Under the pieces are notes generated by a model, which saw only the letters and a list, made by a program, of their open reading frames with translations, was not told the origin of the DNA and did no database searches. A program made the translations under genes and the position numbers. A stretch of DNA of 63,380 nt, counting the filler, from Phoronis australis (lineage: Eukaryota > Animalia > Phoronida), in assembly GCA_002633005.1 (NCBI GenBank). It is 5 parts of 5 records of this genome, joined end to end, with 100 filler letters (N's around TTAATTAATTAA, not from the genome) between each part and the next. Parts side by side here need not be neighbours in the genome. Positions count along the whole stretch, not along the records: positions 15,402 to 36,979 come from NMRA01000036.1; positions 37,080 to 54,368 come from NMRA01000911.1; 3 more parts are not named here. The stretch is one strand, 5' to 3'. Position 1 is the first letter of the stretch. Each line of letters opens with the position of its first letter. This document shows, in pieces, positions 27,301 to 39,314 of this stretch.

Positions 27301-27561
27301 CATGTTGAACTGTAAATGTGGGTGACAATCTGCCACAGATGCAGCAGAAGGATGCATCCGCCCACCCAAGGTTTTTACTTGTATATTGTCAACCCATAAA
27401 AGTATATATTTTCGGAACTTTTGATGTCCGAAATACCCCGGTAACTTATAATATACGCAGAGCGCAACAGGCGGTCTGATACACGTTGTACCAGACGTGC
27501 ATGCGCAGAACTCACATGTGGGCCCATTGCACTGATCACCTGGAAGTATTTTAAATTATGC
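24400..27561 (+). repeat. ~3-kb duplicated block, copy 1 (copy 2 at 32635-35541)
   Basis: Collinear, near-identical sequence. Copy 2 starts immediately after the single N at 32634. Confidence 0.92.
24850..26690 (-). mobile_element. Decayed, 5'-truncated non-LTR retrotransposon (LINE, RTE-X/CR1-L2-like ORF2), copy 1; boundaries approximate
   Basis: Frameshifted RT motifs: YKKGDKNNPNNY.ISL, GVKQGCILSPWLF, LLFADDL, VNLVKTNI, PILMYCAEIW, and a C-terminal ERLCEICN...IED..HF zinc knuckle. Confidence 0.88.
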
Positions 27562-27564
27562 TTC

Positions 27565-27695
27565 ATTAATATATGGTTAAAACCGAGCTGAGGAGCTAGA
27601 AACCTGGCTCAAGGGTTTAGCAGTGTGACCTGGTGGGACTCGAACCCACGACCTCGAGTAAAGAAACGGGCACTTATCAACCAGGCCACACTGCC
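27565..27695 (-). mobile_element. tRNA-derived SINE
   Basis: The - strand reads GGCAGTGTGGCCTGGTTGATAAG (A-box-like) ... GGTTCGAGTCCCACC (B box), followed by a CCCTTGAGCCAGG body. It does not fold as a full cloverleaf. Confidence 0.7.
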
Positions 27696-27821
27696 TCCTC
27701 TAAGCGCAACAATACATGCCATCATGACCGGTCGATTTTACTTTGCTGAGAGGTGTCGAAGTAACTGGTGAGGAAGGTGAGTAAACGATACAGCGAGGTC
27801 AGTGGTTCTTCAGCAGAGTGA

Positions 27822-28130
27822 GTGCTGCTATGGTGTGGTGTATTGTTCCCTTTTGTGCGAACTATGGAACTGCAAGGAAAGCGGATAGATCGTTTTTTTC
27901 GATTTCCTCGAGAGCTCCAAATGCTGGAAGTCAGGTTCACGGCAGTGAAGAATGAAAAGTACACCATTAATACCAAGTATGAGGCTGTGAAACATCTCCA
28001 TGTCTGTGGCCAGCATTTTGTCGACACTGATTTCAGTGACAAATGCCGGCTTACCAAACAGCTCATGCCAGGGCAGAAAAAGAGACTGATGAGCACTGGC
28101 CTCAGATGGGATTGCAAGTTGCCATGTTGA
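27822..28130 (+). pseudogene. Degenerate THAP-domain (transposase N-terminus) relic
   Basis: ...FFRFPRE...AVKNE...KYEAVKHLHVCGQHFVDTDF...KKRL contains the THAP FP and CxxHF motifs and resembles the 32 kb THAP. The N-terminal CxxPxC and the conserved Trp are lost. Confidence 0.7.
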
Positions 28131-28730
28131 CGTTTATTAATTGTGCTTCTGTTACAAAAATGAATTATTCTCACCCTAACCAATGCTCATATAAAACTTA
28201 GACAAAGTGTCAAAGTTGGTCTTATTAGATACAATATATAATGCATTAGGAGTGTTTGTGAATGCAAATGTTTTGAGAAGCCAGCAATGAATAAATCACT
28301 GTGTACCCGCTTTAGATTCAATAAAGCTAATTGACTGGGCACCAAAGTTGTGTGAGCGCATGCTAATTTAGTGTTTGCTGACAGAAAGCTGCTGTGAAAC
28401 AATAACTTGACTTTATATGCTATGGTCAGATGTTAGAGGGAATCATTATTTAGATATACATATACATTATTCGAATAATTGTTACTGTACAACTTTTGCC
28501 CTGACAGTTCTGTGGTAGGGGAACCTAACTTCAGGGCCCTCGACGAATAAGTAAATTTGCAGTTTCGCAGCTAATTCACCAAAATAATCACGTGCACATT
28601 ATTTCCTTGGCTCACTAGTATTATAGTCTTTTCGTGACTAGAGGTTTAGTTTCCACCTTAAGCTGGTGTATGTTCGTGATATCTTCAGTCCGGCTGCGAC
28701 GGGTCTTATCAGGTTCCGAGCCACTGGCTG

Positions 28731-29216
28731 GGATAACAAGTGTTTTGTATGTTTAGAACTGAAAAAATCGCAAGCCTAAAATTACAACACACAGCTATGT
28801 CCCCCGGTCTGTATTTCACGGAAGAATAATTCAAACTTATCACCAAACAGACCCCAAATTCCCGTGACCGACCTTGGTATATTGGCCAAACGAACTTTGT
28901 AGGCTACAGTACGTTCAAATACCTATAAATCTGCAACAGTGAAATAAAACAACACGTTTGTAAAGATTTTACATCAAACTTGGATGATTTATTGGTGCAA
29001 AACGATGAATTCAAGTGATAAGCTGACATCAGTAAGAAGTATCTTGTGAACTGCTGAAAAGACTGCGTTCGAACCTATGACGTCATTGGTTAATTTCAAC
29101 ATCTCCGTCTGCTGTCAGGTGTCAGGTAAAAGAACTGACAGAACTTGATGTTATGGAGTGGAACTACGCGATCTAAATTGATACAAAATAGGTTGTTTTT
29201 TGGGTGGAATTCTCCT
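28731..29216 (+). mobile_element. Kolobok-like element end, copy 1 (copy 2 at 37704-38205)
   Basis: ~490 bp shared with 37704-38205. Both end in ...TTCTCCT|TTAA. Confidence 0.7.
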
Positions 29217-29645
29217 TTAACTGCACCCAGGTCTTAAATTTTGTACCAGCCAATTATTTACAAAAGATTTTGTGATCATATTTAATCAATGTCAACCAAA
29301 AATGATATCAAGGACTGCACACAGTCAACTTCCTTATCAGCTGAGCAAAGGTCAGTGATGACTTAGTATTGAGGGGTGTCTGCATCCTGCTTTCTTATCA
29401 CAGCCAAACTTGAAACATTGCTGTCAGGTGACAGAGACACTGATATAAAAAGGAGCCTTATCAGTACTGTGGGGTCTGTTATTGAGACAGAAGTGGAAGT
29501 ACACCAGTGCAAGTGCGCATGTGCACTCACTTATCAGTGAGGTCAAACCAACAACTTGAGAACGGTGGAAAGTCTATGTGGACAGGTCTAGTGTAAGTCT
29601 TCATATTTCTCATTCCTTACTTATATTTTTCAAATTGAAAAAGTT

Positions 29646-29653
29646 ACACACAT

Positions 29654-29700
<47 letters not shown>

Positions 29701-29755
29701 AACACAAACACACACACTCACACACTCACACACACACACAAACACACACACACAC
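29646..29755. repeat. (CA)n microsatellite
   Basis: Imperfect CA run; it is the source of the HT/CV ORFs in the track. Confidence 0.95.
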
Positions 29756-30159
29756 CTGAGCACGGAGTACATCAGGAAACTGAACAAATCATGAAATTCT
29801 ACTTTGTTAAATTTCTCTGTAAGACTAAACACCTCAAGTTCATTATGGTACATCGCCTTATTTAATATTATTTTTCGGTACAAGCAAAGATTTTTATGCT
29901 CCTTCACTAACCCCTGCTCAATTAGCTTCACAAAGGCTTGTCAAAAATCTAATTAGAAAGCATGTTGGGCCAGTCCCACTTTTCAACATTGAGTTCCAAG
30001 CATGAATGCGTTGTTTTCTCTATCAGTTCTTACATTAATGTACGAAGCATTTTTCCCTTAAGAACTTGATGTTCCAATTAATCGAGACAAAACTGGCTAA
30101 ACGAACTATTAGAGATGAAAGTCAAGTGTTCGAATTATTAGAGATAGAGATAGATGATA

Positions 30160-30790
30160 ACAATGAGTGCAACAACGGCCTCTGAGATGGTCGTTTGGCA
30201 ATGTGAATTATATTACAGGTACCAAATTGTTGTTCCAGGTGATGAATTTACTTCGAAATATAATACCGGTATTTTAACGCTTTGTCACTTTTATTTTCTT
30301 CCCATTTTCACAAACTTCAAGGACCCCACCGACTTCAGTACCTCCACTTTCAGCAACGCTGTCTGCCGCACTGTGTTTACGACTGCAGTGTACAACATAG
30401 AACATGCATTTCAAAAAATTCAGGCTAGAGAAACATGACAGTGGTTTTGCAAACCCTCCAAATTCGATTTAGGTGGAAGCTTTCGAATTTTGAAGAATTC
30501 CCACAACTCACAGAATTGTGTCAAATTCTCCCTATTTTGATGAAAATCCCCCGACTTCGAACTAGCTCTCCCAGTTTTCTCGAAATATTAATTGACGGGT
30601 TATTGAGGATGTGTGGCGACCGAAGGGACAGTGTGCCTCACTGGTTTAATTTGTTGGCAATACGTTACTGGACGCTTGTCCATCATCTTGAAGTAATAAA
30701 AAATTTGACAAGTAAAATTTTGATTTCACTTAATATTTGCATCTCAGTCAAAGTGGCATAAGCCCATTTCACCAATGTCGCTACAGGTGG
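30160..30790 (+). repeat. Diverged interspersed repeat, homologous to ~35787-36400
   Basis: ACAATGAGTGCAAC..., GCAAACCCTCCAAATTC, GGCGACCGAAGGG and TTGCATCTCAGTCAAA blocks are collinear in both copies. Confidence 0.75.
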
Positions 30791-31790
30791 TTCTTTAGAA
30801 ATACATATTTTGGATAACTATATGCAAAAGCATGCATTTACCCAGGGTCAATCAGATCTTGCAGAAAAGGCATGTTATGGGCCCAGGCGTTTAATTGAAA
30901 TATCTCAAAACTTAAATGGGGCGGTTTGTAGAGCAGTAGATGCTTACTGTACTCTAAAGCTAAGAGGAAGCAGGCGCATAGTTTTACGTGAATGCTTTCG
31001 GGAATAAGAATTTGAAAAACTGCAATTATTAAGAAATTGATGATTTTTATAGGATATCATCTCTACATACCTTTTTGCCACCCAAAATAATTTTATTTCA
31101 ACATTGGCCAGGTTCAGCTAAACACAAAGTTCTTTCCATTGGAGTCTGAACAATCTATGACATGCTCGATTGATGAACCTTGGAGTGAAAATTAGAGGTA
31201 GTGGGGGGGTATACGAAGAGAGCAATAAAAAGATCGCTTAACAGCTCCCTATAGGTATGGAAATCGGCCTAAGGAAGATGGAAACAGAATATTGCGGTTC
31301 CGAAAAACATTGGATACGAAAAATATCGTAAAGCACCGGGTCTTTTATAACTGCAGGGCGTCCACGTTCATTGCCAAACAACCACCTGGGTTGTTTATAT
31401 ATAGCCAAGCCGGTGAATGTAATCATAGATTTAATCCATATTGTCACTGGTCGAATCAGCTCTTAAAGATCGCAGGACGGCACAGTACTTACTCTGCAAT
31501 TTTGCAAATTCATTCGTGAGAGCATTGTTGGCATTTAATGATTTGTGTTCTTTTATAGGAATACAAATTGCCATCTAAAAAGTGTGCACGAATTATTTTT
31601 TCTGACGCTAATATGTCTATAAAGTTATTTTCACTTGGACACCTACTGGGTAAAATATTTAAGAGAGATGCCATATTTCAAGGGAGGTGTACGGACTATT
31701 AGAGTATACAAACTGTTAGAGAAATCACCATAACCCTGCCTCTAGGCAACCATAGTCATGTAAGCTTGACAAAAGTTTGCTGGTCATTAA

Positions 31791-32633
31791 AGGCGAAAGC
31801 AACCTTTTTTCATGTCACTTTTAGCAAAAATAAGGTTTGTTGATTATCCCAGACACATTTTTCACTTAATTACAGCTTTTCGTAATTTGATTAATTTCTC
31901 GTCCTCTACTCCGGAAGTGACATTTTGGGAGGCTAGAGTTTCGCGCCAATTTCTTTTCATTAGTCTGACTGTGAGAGCTGTCGAGTCAGTCATTGTTCTA
32001 CCTCGGTTGTGATAAGTTCGGTCGTCGTTTGCTTTTGTTTACGCTGTTGCTGCGTGCCGGGATGTACTCATTATCGTCTCACATGCGCTTTGGGTACCAT
32101 GCATCGCTTTCCGAAGGATGACACACTTCGCCGTACTTGGCTAGCTCGTTCATGTGAAGGACGCAGCGCTACCCGTCCATGCAACATACAAAGCAGTGGA
32201 GGGTTACTTAGTGTGTGGCATTTTCTGCCGTCACATTATGACAGATATGTACGCCGAATTGATGAAGGTCCCTGCGAAACAACGCATGAAGAAGGGTACC
32301 ATACCGTCGCTGTTGATTCCCAGCAGTGCCCCGTCGCCAACCCCGAGAAGTGTGTTTTTGAAGCGAGAAGCCTCGCGAGCTGTGGCCACTGTATACAATG
32401 ACTGGAGGCACTTCATCTACTGTCACCCGTGCCTCCGAACGTTCCCCATTCCGTGCGATTTCGGGAACTAGCAGTGATTCGCCCTGTGTTGTTGTCTCTA
32501 GCCCAGAGCCTGTAAGCAGCCCTGTAGCGATGTTGAGTAGTGGGAGTGAATACAGGCCCAGTTTGACACCCAGTGAAGAGGACAGTTTGTCATCCAATGA
32601 GCCTAAGTTTGATAAGTTTATTGTGGACTTGTA
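31791..32633 (+). mobile_element. Kolobok-like transposon: left end + frameshifted THAP-transposase 5' region, truncated at N 32634
   Basis: TTAA|AGGCGAAAGC terminus. The ORF reads CCVPGC...MHRFPKDDTLRRTWL (frameshift) ...YKAVEGYLVCG...KQRMKKGTIPSL, then an acidic Ser-rich SEYRPS...EPKFDKFIV segment of the kind found in Kolobok transposases. Confidence 0.78.
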
Positions 32634-32634
32634 N

Positions 32635-35541
32635 CGTTAACTTTCTGCCTTCAACAACGGCGGTAAACTGTATGATGGTCAACAGCGATGAATGAGGGTA
32701 ACAACGAATAAAAAAATCCTTTACAATCTTTAATGGTGTTTCACATCACTCAAACAATAAGGTATCCAGTCTATCTAACAAGTTGTAGGAAAATAAGAAG
32801 TTCGTTTCTACATTTGTGCACGGTACTGTTCGCGAGCGTCACTTCCTGCTGATTGCGTATTGAGTTCTTGGGTTCTGTCTGAAACTTAACGGTGTGAGTT
32901 GGCTTGTTTAGAGTACAGTTTTGTATATTTTTAACCTAGTTAAAGGAGAGTGCCACCCTATTTAATTATGCCTCTTACACGGTCGACCTCACCTTTCGTG
33001 TTAACCTGAGAGGAACCTGTGTCAGAATTTCCTGTTTGAAATCACAAACTTTTAATATTAAACGGGATAGTCCTTTCAAAAGGTTGCTAGAATTTGTTTT
33101 GAATAGATTCCTGAAGTTTTCGTTGTCAGTATAGAGTCTGGATAATTCTGGTAAAAATTTGATCTATCGTTTAATACTGGACAGTTACCGTAAGTAAAAA
33201 ATGTATTCCGTCTTCAATTTCTGGGAGGTTGCAGATTTCACAAAGCCTCTCCTCCTACCAGTTTCTATTTTCAGTTAATGAATTCGGCTAGTATTATATG
33301 TAGAGTTGGTGGTAGACAGCAAAGATATTCAACAATTTGCAAGATAAATAGATGATACAGTAATATGAGCACTTGCTGGACTTCTGCACCGACATCCTCC
33401 ATTTTTGGGCACCACAATCCAACAATCTTTGCTTAAATTCTAATATAAACAAATCAATATTTCCATGGCCACTTTTCCATGCTTCCTCAAACCCATATCT
33501 GAATAAAATATCTTTAACTGTAATGGCGCAATTTGTTTGCCCTCTTTCACAGTGTTTCCACAGCAGCCTGTAGCTTTTCTTCGGGTACCTCTGGTTTATC
33601 CATCTTTGGAACCAGTAGATTATTGGTCTGCACAAGTATTTCATTAATAACAAATGCCTCCTGCATTTCCCTCTAGCCACAATGTTAGTTGTTTTCTTTG
33701 ACACACCAGCAAACCATTTACAAAAACCATTGTGAACACTTTCTATGTCTTTCAAATATACTGTATCCCATATCTCAGCACAGTACATCAATTTTGGAGA
33801 AACCATGATTAAATAATTTAAAATATACATGTGGGAACTACACTTCACTTTTTAAACATGCTTTTAACATGTTCATTGCTTTTTTCTAGCTTGCAGAGCT
33901 ACTAATCGGCAAATTTCTTTCCATTTTAATCTGGAAGAATATGACACACCAACACACTTGTAATAAGATTTCGTTTCTACCAATTTCTCAATGTAAAACC
34001 ATTTTTCCTGTGCTAATAGAGCTCCACCTTGCTTGAAAACCATCACAATATTTGTCTTAACAAGATTAACACAGAGACTCCAATTCACACAGTAATTATG
34101 CAAATACATTTAATTTTCTCTGAAGTCCAGGCACTGTGTCCACCACAAGCACTAAATCGTCTGCAAACAGTAACAAACTTTTTCACTATCATCACACTTG
34201 ATTCCTCGACCTCCATTTTCTTTGACCTCTGACACCAGCCCGTTAACAAAAACCGAGAATAACCAAGGGCTCCAGTATGCAGCCTTGTTTCATTCCTCTC
34301 TTACATTCAAAGTAGGGATGATTTGATTCTGCATTCTGACACAAGATTTCACTTCACCATAGATATTTTCCCACAGAGATTATTTTTTAACAAACAATAA
34401 AACAAACGTGTTATTTCCACACTGTCAAACACCTTAAGTTACTAAAGTCCACAAAGGCACAGTACATTTTCCTACCACAGTTAAATTTCTGGGAACCAAA
34501 CTGCCCTAAATCTGGCTTTTTCCTCAGGGATACATTGCACTGCATCAGACCACTCAATAAGCCTTTTGTTTAATATTGATATAAATAGCTTGCTCATGCT
34601 GTTATTTAAAGAAATTCTCTGCAAATATTTGGGTTATTTTTGTCTCCTTTCTTGTAGATTAGGAACAATTATGCTCCTTCTCCAGTTCTTCGGGAATTCA
34701 CCTGCAGCTAAGTACCTAAGTTGTTGAACAGTTTGCATATTTCAAGGATGTCACTCAGTGATTAGAAGAATTCATTTGGAATACCATCTTCTCTAGGGGT
34801 TTTATTATTTTTAAGTTTAATAATTGCCAGATTGATTTCCGACATGTCAATTACCTTATAAGCCTTACTAGGATTTCATCACCAAGTGTGTTGGCATTTT
34901 CACTATCATAGTCATTGCAGCTTTTGTCATGTCTTCTGTACTCATTGGCTAACTATTGTAATGTAATTATGTAACATGTACAAATGAACTTAGCTCCAAG
35001 TAAACAATCTCTCTATATATATTGTGCAGTGGATTTCTCAGTGGAACAGCAGTTATATTAGTATTATTTGTCTTGGGTGTCTGCCCTGTTGGGGAGACCT
35101 ACTTGTTTACAGTGTGTTAAATGAATGAAACACATCAACACAGTCTAGATGGAAGTTACATAACTCTTTTGGCCTGATACAAAAATTAGCTATGAAAGTG
35201 TCATAGCCTCTGAGGATAGTGAACTGACCTGCAACTAGAGAATAATGGCAGAACCTGTAAAAGGGCTATTACTAACAATAAAAGTTCAGGTAATTGTCAT
35301 TTCTTTTGGGAAGTTACTTCACAGCTCATCAAATTACTTAAATAAGTTTTACTTGTATATTTTCAACCCATAAAAGCATATATTTTCGGAACTTTTGATG
35401 TCCGAATTACCCGGGTATATACGCAGAGTGCAACAATAAAAAAAATAATTGCAGGCGGTCTGATACACGTTGTACCAAACGTGCACAGGCCTCACATGTG
35501 GGCCCATTGCACTGATCACCTGGAAGTATTTTAAATTATGC
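32635..35541 (+). repeat. ~3-kb duplicated block, copy 2, including a second copy of the LINE relic (~33080-34900, - strand)
   Basis: Matches 24400-27561 and carries the same RT fragments (ORFs 33294-33848, 33873-34109). Confidence 0.92.
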
Positions 35542-35546
35542 GTTAT

Positions 35547-36400
35547 TACCGTAATCGTTCAGGTTAACGCCCATACTCAGTTAACCGCCCATCCCCGACT
35601 TTAAGTGGATTTTCGAATTAACCGCCCACTGCTCGGTTAAGTGGCCCCCTGCGATTTTTGAAGATTTCCAGTTAAGCGCCCACCTCTCGGTTAAGCGCCC
35701 ATCCCCGACTTTTAAAGAATGAAGATTTAGCGCCTAGTGCTAAGGAAACGCGCGATTCCTCGACTTTTAGAAAAAGATCGACGACCACAATGAGTGCAAC
35801 GACGTCGGGACTCCGAGACGGTGGTTTAGCAATCTGAATTACAATACAGGTAACAAGTTATTGTCTTGGGTCATGAACTCACTTCAAAATATAATACGTG
35901 AACCTTTTTGTCACTTTATTTTCTTCCCTTGTTTGCAAAGTTTAAGAACGCCGCCGGCGTCAAAACCTCCGCTTTCAGCGACTTTGTCTGCCGCGCTGAG
36001 TTTCCGTCTGCAGTGTACTAGATAAAACATATATTCAAAAAAATCAGGCCAGAGAAATGTGACAATAGTTTTGCCAACCCTCCAAATTCTATTAAGGTGG
36101 GAAGCTCTCGTATTCTGAACAAATCTCACAACTCACGGAAAGATGTCAAATTCTCAATATTTTGATGAATATAACTGCCGGGTTATAGAGGATGTGGGGC
36201 GACCGAAGGGGCACTACAAGTGCCTTACTGGGTTACCGATTTCGTTGCTGCCTGTCGATTTCTGAATTCAAACATTGACAATAATGTATGTTTGTGTATG
36301 ATCTTGAAGTAATAAAAAACGGCTAGTCAAATTTTGTTTTTCGCTTATTGCATCTCAGTCAAACTGGTTAGCAGATTTAACTAATGTCGCTGGCTGTTCT
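35547..36400 (+). mobile_element. Non-autonomous Tc1/mariner-pogo-like element, left portion
   Basis: Begins TA|CCGTA, followed by about six subterminal GTTAA(G/C)CGCCCA repeats (35563-35701). The body is homologous to 30160-30790. The right end was not identified. Confidence 0.55.
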
Positions 36401-36979
36401 TTACTATTCTTGCGTCAGCCTGCTCGTAAGCGTGACTGTGTGAATTATCGTTTCCAAATCCCTTTTTTAGCCATCCAGAATAATTTTGTTTATACATTGG
36501 CCATTTTCAGCCTGAACAAAAATTCTTACCATTCGAGTCTGAAATATCTACGACGTAGACTGCTTCAGTTGAAGATAGTGAAATATCTACGACGTAGACT
36601 GCTTGACGATAGTGGGTAGGAGATTCACACAGCTAGTTACAGGGATGGGCTTAGGGAGCATCGAGCCGGAAAATATGTCAATAGACTTGACATCGCAGTT
36701 TTGGGGAACATTGGCAACGGAGGAATATTGTAAAAAACTGGGTCTTTCGTAACAACAGCTTAAAAGCACATAGTCACGCCCGTTTTCGTTCCTTCGGACT
36801 GTCGCTATGTGTGACTGATTTGTAGAGGTGCACGTGCGCAAGTTCCCACACTTTGGAGTGCATGTTACCTTGACACCAACATGTGATTGACAGGTGACTC
36901 ACACGTAGGCCCTACGTGCGTGCTGAATACCGCCACTATCTTTGGCCATAAAAACGAGATGCATATTGAAAGAGGCCGT

Positions 36980-37079
36980 NNNNNNNNNNNNNNNNNNNNN
37001 NNNNNNNNNNNNNNNNNNNNNNNTTAATTAATTAANNNNNNNNNNNNNNNNNNNNNNNNNNNNNNNNNNNNNNNNNNNN
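36980..37079. other. Artificial contig spacer
   Basis: 44 N + TTAATTAATTAA + 44 N. Confidence 0.95.
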
Positions 37080-37703
37080 ATGGTCCACAGCGTTTGCGCG
37101 CGAAACCTACTTCTTTTTATAATGCTTATTACACGTGTTTTTATTTTGTGCCATCAATTCTTAGCAAATTTGTCGTATTTAAAATAGCTTTCAAATGCCC
37201 AAAAGTCCAAATCCGTTTTTTGTGTTGGCAATAAAGACGGGATTGCTTTGGAAATCGTCTTAAGATAAGGTTTGACAAAGAGAGTGTTGCGAGTTTCTGA
37301 GTGATTCACTAAGGCTTCGATTAAAATTCAAATCTTATCAGCAGCTTCCGTTTTTTCATCGTCACTCAGGTTCCATTTTCTTCATTGCACAGTGGAGCAG
37401 ACGACGGAAACGAGTCGTAGTGCGCAGCGCCACTGCCGGTCGTCTGGGATATCGCGGGAGAGCCTATACATAGCCATAGTTCCGTTACGAATGCGCCGTG
37501 TTCCGAATTTGACACTTGAAATTGGATTTGAGCCTCCCCCCAACACTAAAACTGCACACATTTAAATCTTTTTTTCATCCGTATAATTTTAATTACCGGG
37601 GTTAATTAATAGACTCACCATTTCCCTACGCACTTACTGGTTTATTTTTTTGCGGCAGCCAAGGGGGGGAAGCGGGCCCCCTGGGCCCCCCAAATCCGCC
37701 TAT

Positions 37704-38205
37704 GGGATAACAAGCGTTTTGTGTGTTTAGAACTCAAAAAATCACAAGTATAATCAACACAGATCTAGGTTCTCCTGTCTGTATTTCACGGAAGAATTCT
37801 TCGAATTTATCTCCGAACAGACCCCAAACTCCTGTTACGGAAATTGGTAAATTGGCTGCCGAACTTTTTAGGCTACGGTGTATCCAAATACCAGTAAATC
37901 CGTCACAGCGAAATAAAACAACGCGTTTTTTATAAGAACTCGGTGTATTTTTAAGGGTTTTACATCGAAGTTTGATGATTTATTAGTGTTAAACGATGAA
38001 TTCAAGTGATAAGCTGACACCACTAACCCGTGATGTGAACTGCTGAACAGACTGCGTGTGAAACCAATGATTACGTCATTGGATAATTTCAACGCCTCCG
38101 TCTACCGTCAGGTGTCAGGTAACGCAACCGAACATGCCGCTATCGAGTAGAACTACTCGTTCTAAATTGATACAAAATAGGTTGTTTTTTGGGTGTCATT
38201 CTCCT
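37704..38205 (+). mobile_element. Kolobok-like element end, copy 2
   Basis: Homologous to 28731-29216; ends GGGTGTCATTCTCCT|TTAA. Confidence 0.7.
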
Positions 38206-39314
38206 TTAACGTTATGAGATTGGTCTCAAGTTACAGCTTACATAAATTAGATATCATTTTCTTGCTTCAAAGAACTAGCAGGTCGTTAGTGCTTCCGATC
38301 ACGTTGTGCAAGTTGGTTTGTCACGCCTTTCGTTTTACACGCAGAGCGCGGTCTCTCACAGCTAAACGAACTGTCAGTTATGACCAAGCCCAAAGCTCAC
38401 GTCTCATTAGAGTAAGGAACTAGTTGAAACAAACTTTATGGTGGCAAGTTATCTAGACCAGACTTAGTGGGAAATCATTACCGCATTCAAGTGTCTATCG
38501 ATACAACAATGACCTGGTGTGTATTTAAACAGCGCCGGTGACGTCACGACACAAGATATTTCGAACGACAATTGTATCTCTAGGCCTGAGCATCCCAGAG
38601 TAAAAATTAATGGGAATGTGTTTGTAGAACTAAACAGCAACGTGTTTATCCCGGTCTCGTTTACCCTTAGTTCGGTTGCCTAGCTACTAGCAGGCTATTA
38701 ACACACAGTAGAACCTTTGCAACCTAGTGTCCATCACGAGAAGGCCACACAGAAGTTCATAAAGACCACCAATCGGTAGTTAATATAGCAACACTCCCAT
38801 CAATCAATATGCAGTCGACTTCATACTCAATATGCGAACGGGCGATTACAGTAATAATCAGCACTGTTGACGTAATGCAGCAAAATTAAAGTCGTGCCAC
38901 CGGTGTGCAGCCTAATTCTTGTGGCAGTGATAGAAAACTCCTTCCACGATTGTACCAATTTCACAAGTACTGCAGCAAGGCACACAAAACCAGATTGCAT
39001 ATGAGGTCCAAACAAAAGGCAAATGTTGTTTAGTACAATGATTTTGGTTTACTGAACTGTGTGCGAAGGCACAAACGTCATACCCGTCATTGCTACCATT
39101 TTCACTGTAACTGCAACCAAAAATATTTGCCTAGTGGTAATCAGTGTTCTCCGTTCGCCTATTTTCGGTGGAAGGAGTTACTTATTCGGCACCGGCGACA
39201 GCGGTGATGGTATAGCTCTCCCCAAAAATTATGTAAACCGACCCTTTCCGCTTTTTTCGAAGTTGTTAAATTAGTAGGAACGTTAATGCGCAAAACATTC
39301 TGCGATTCTTACAG

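Noticed and set aside
27625-27695. tRNA gene
   Set aside because: A and B boxes are present but there is no proper acceptor or anticodon stem, and it continues into a SINE-like body.
29578-29931. His/Thr-rich and Cys/Val-rich ORFs (also 51062-51366)
   Set aside because: They are translations of CA/GT microsatellites.
36541-36604. 25-bp direct repeat GAAATATCTACGACGTAGACTGCTT x2
   Set aside because: A simple local duplication with only two copies and no functional context.
24000-36979. The next upstream TSC2 exon
   Set aside because: Several GT-AG candidates were inspected by eye and none convincingly matched the expected peptide. It probably lies outside the segment or was missed.
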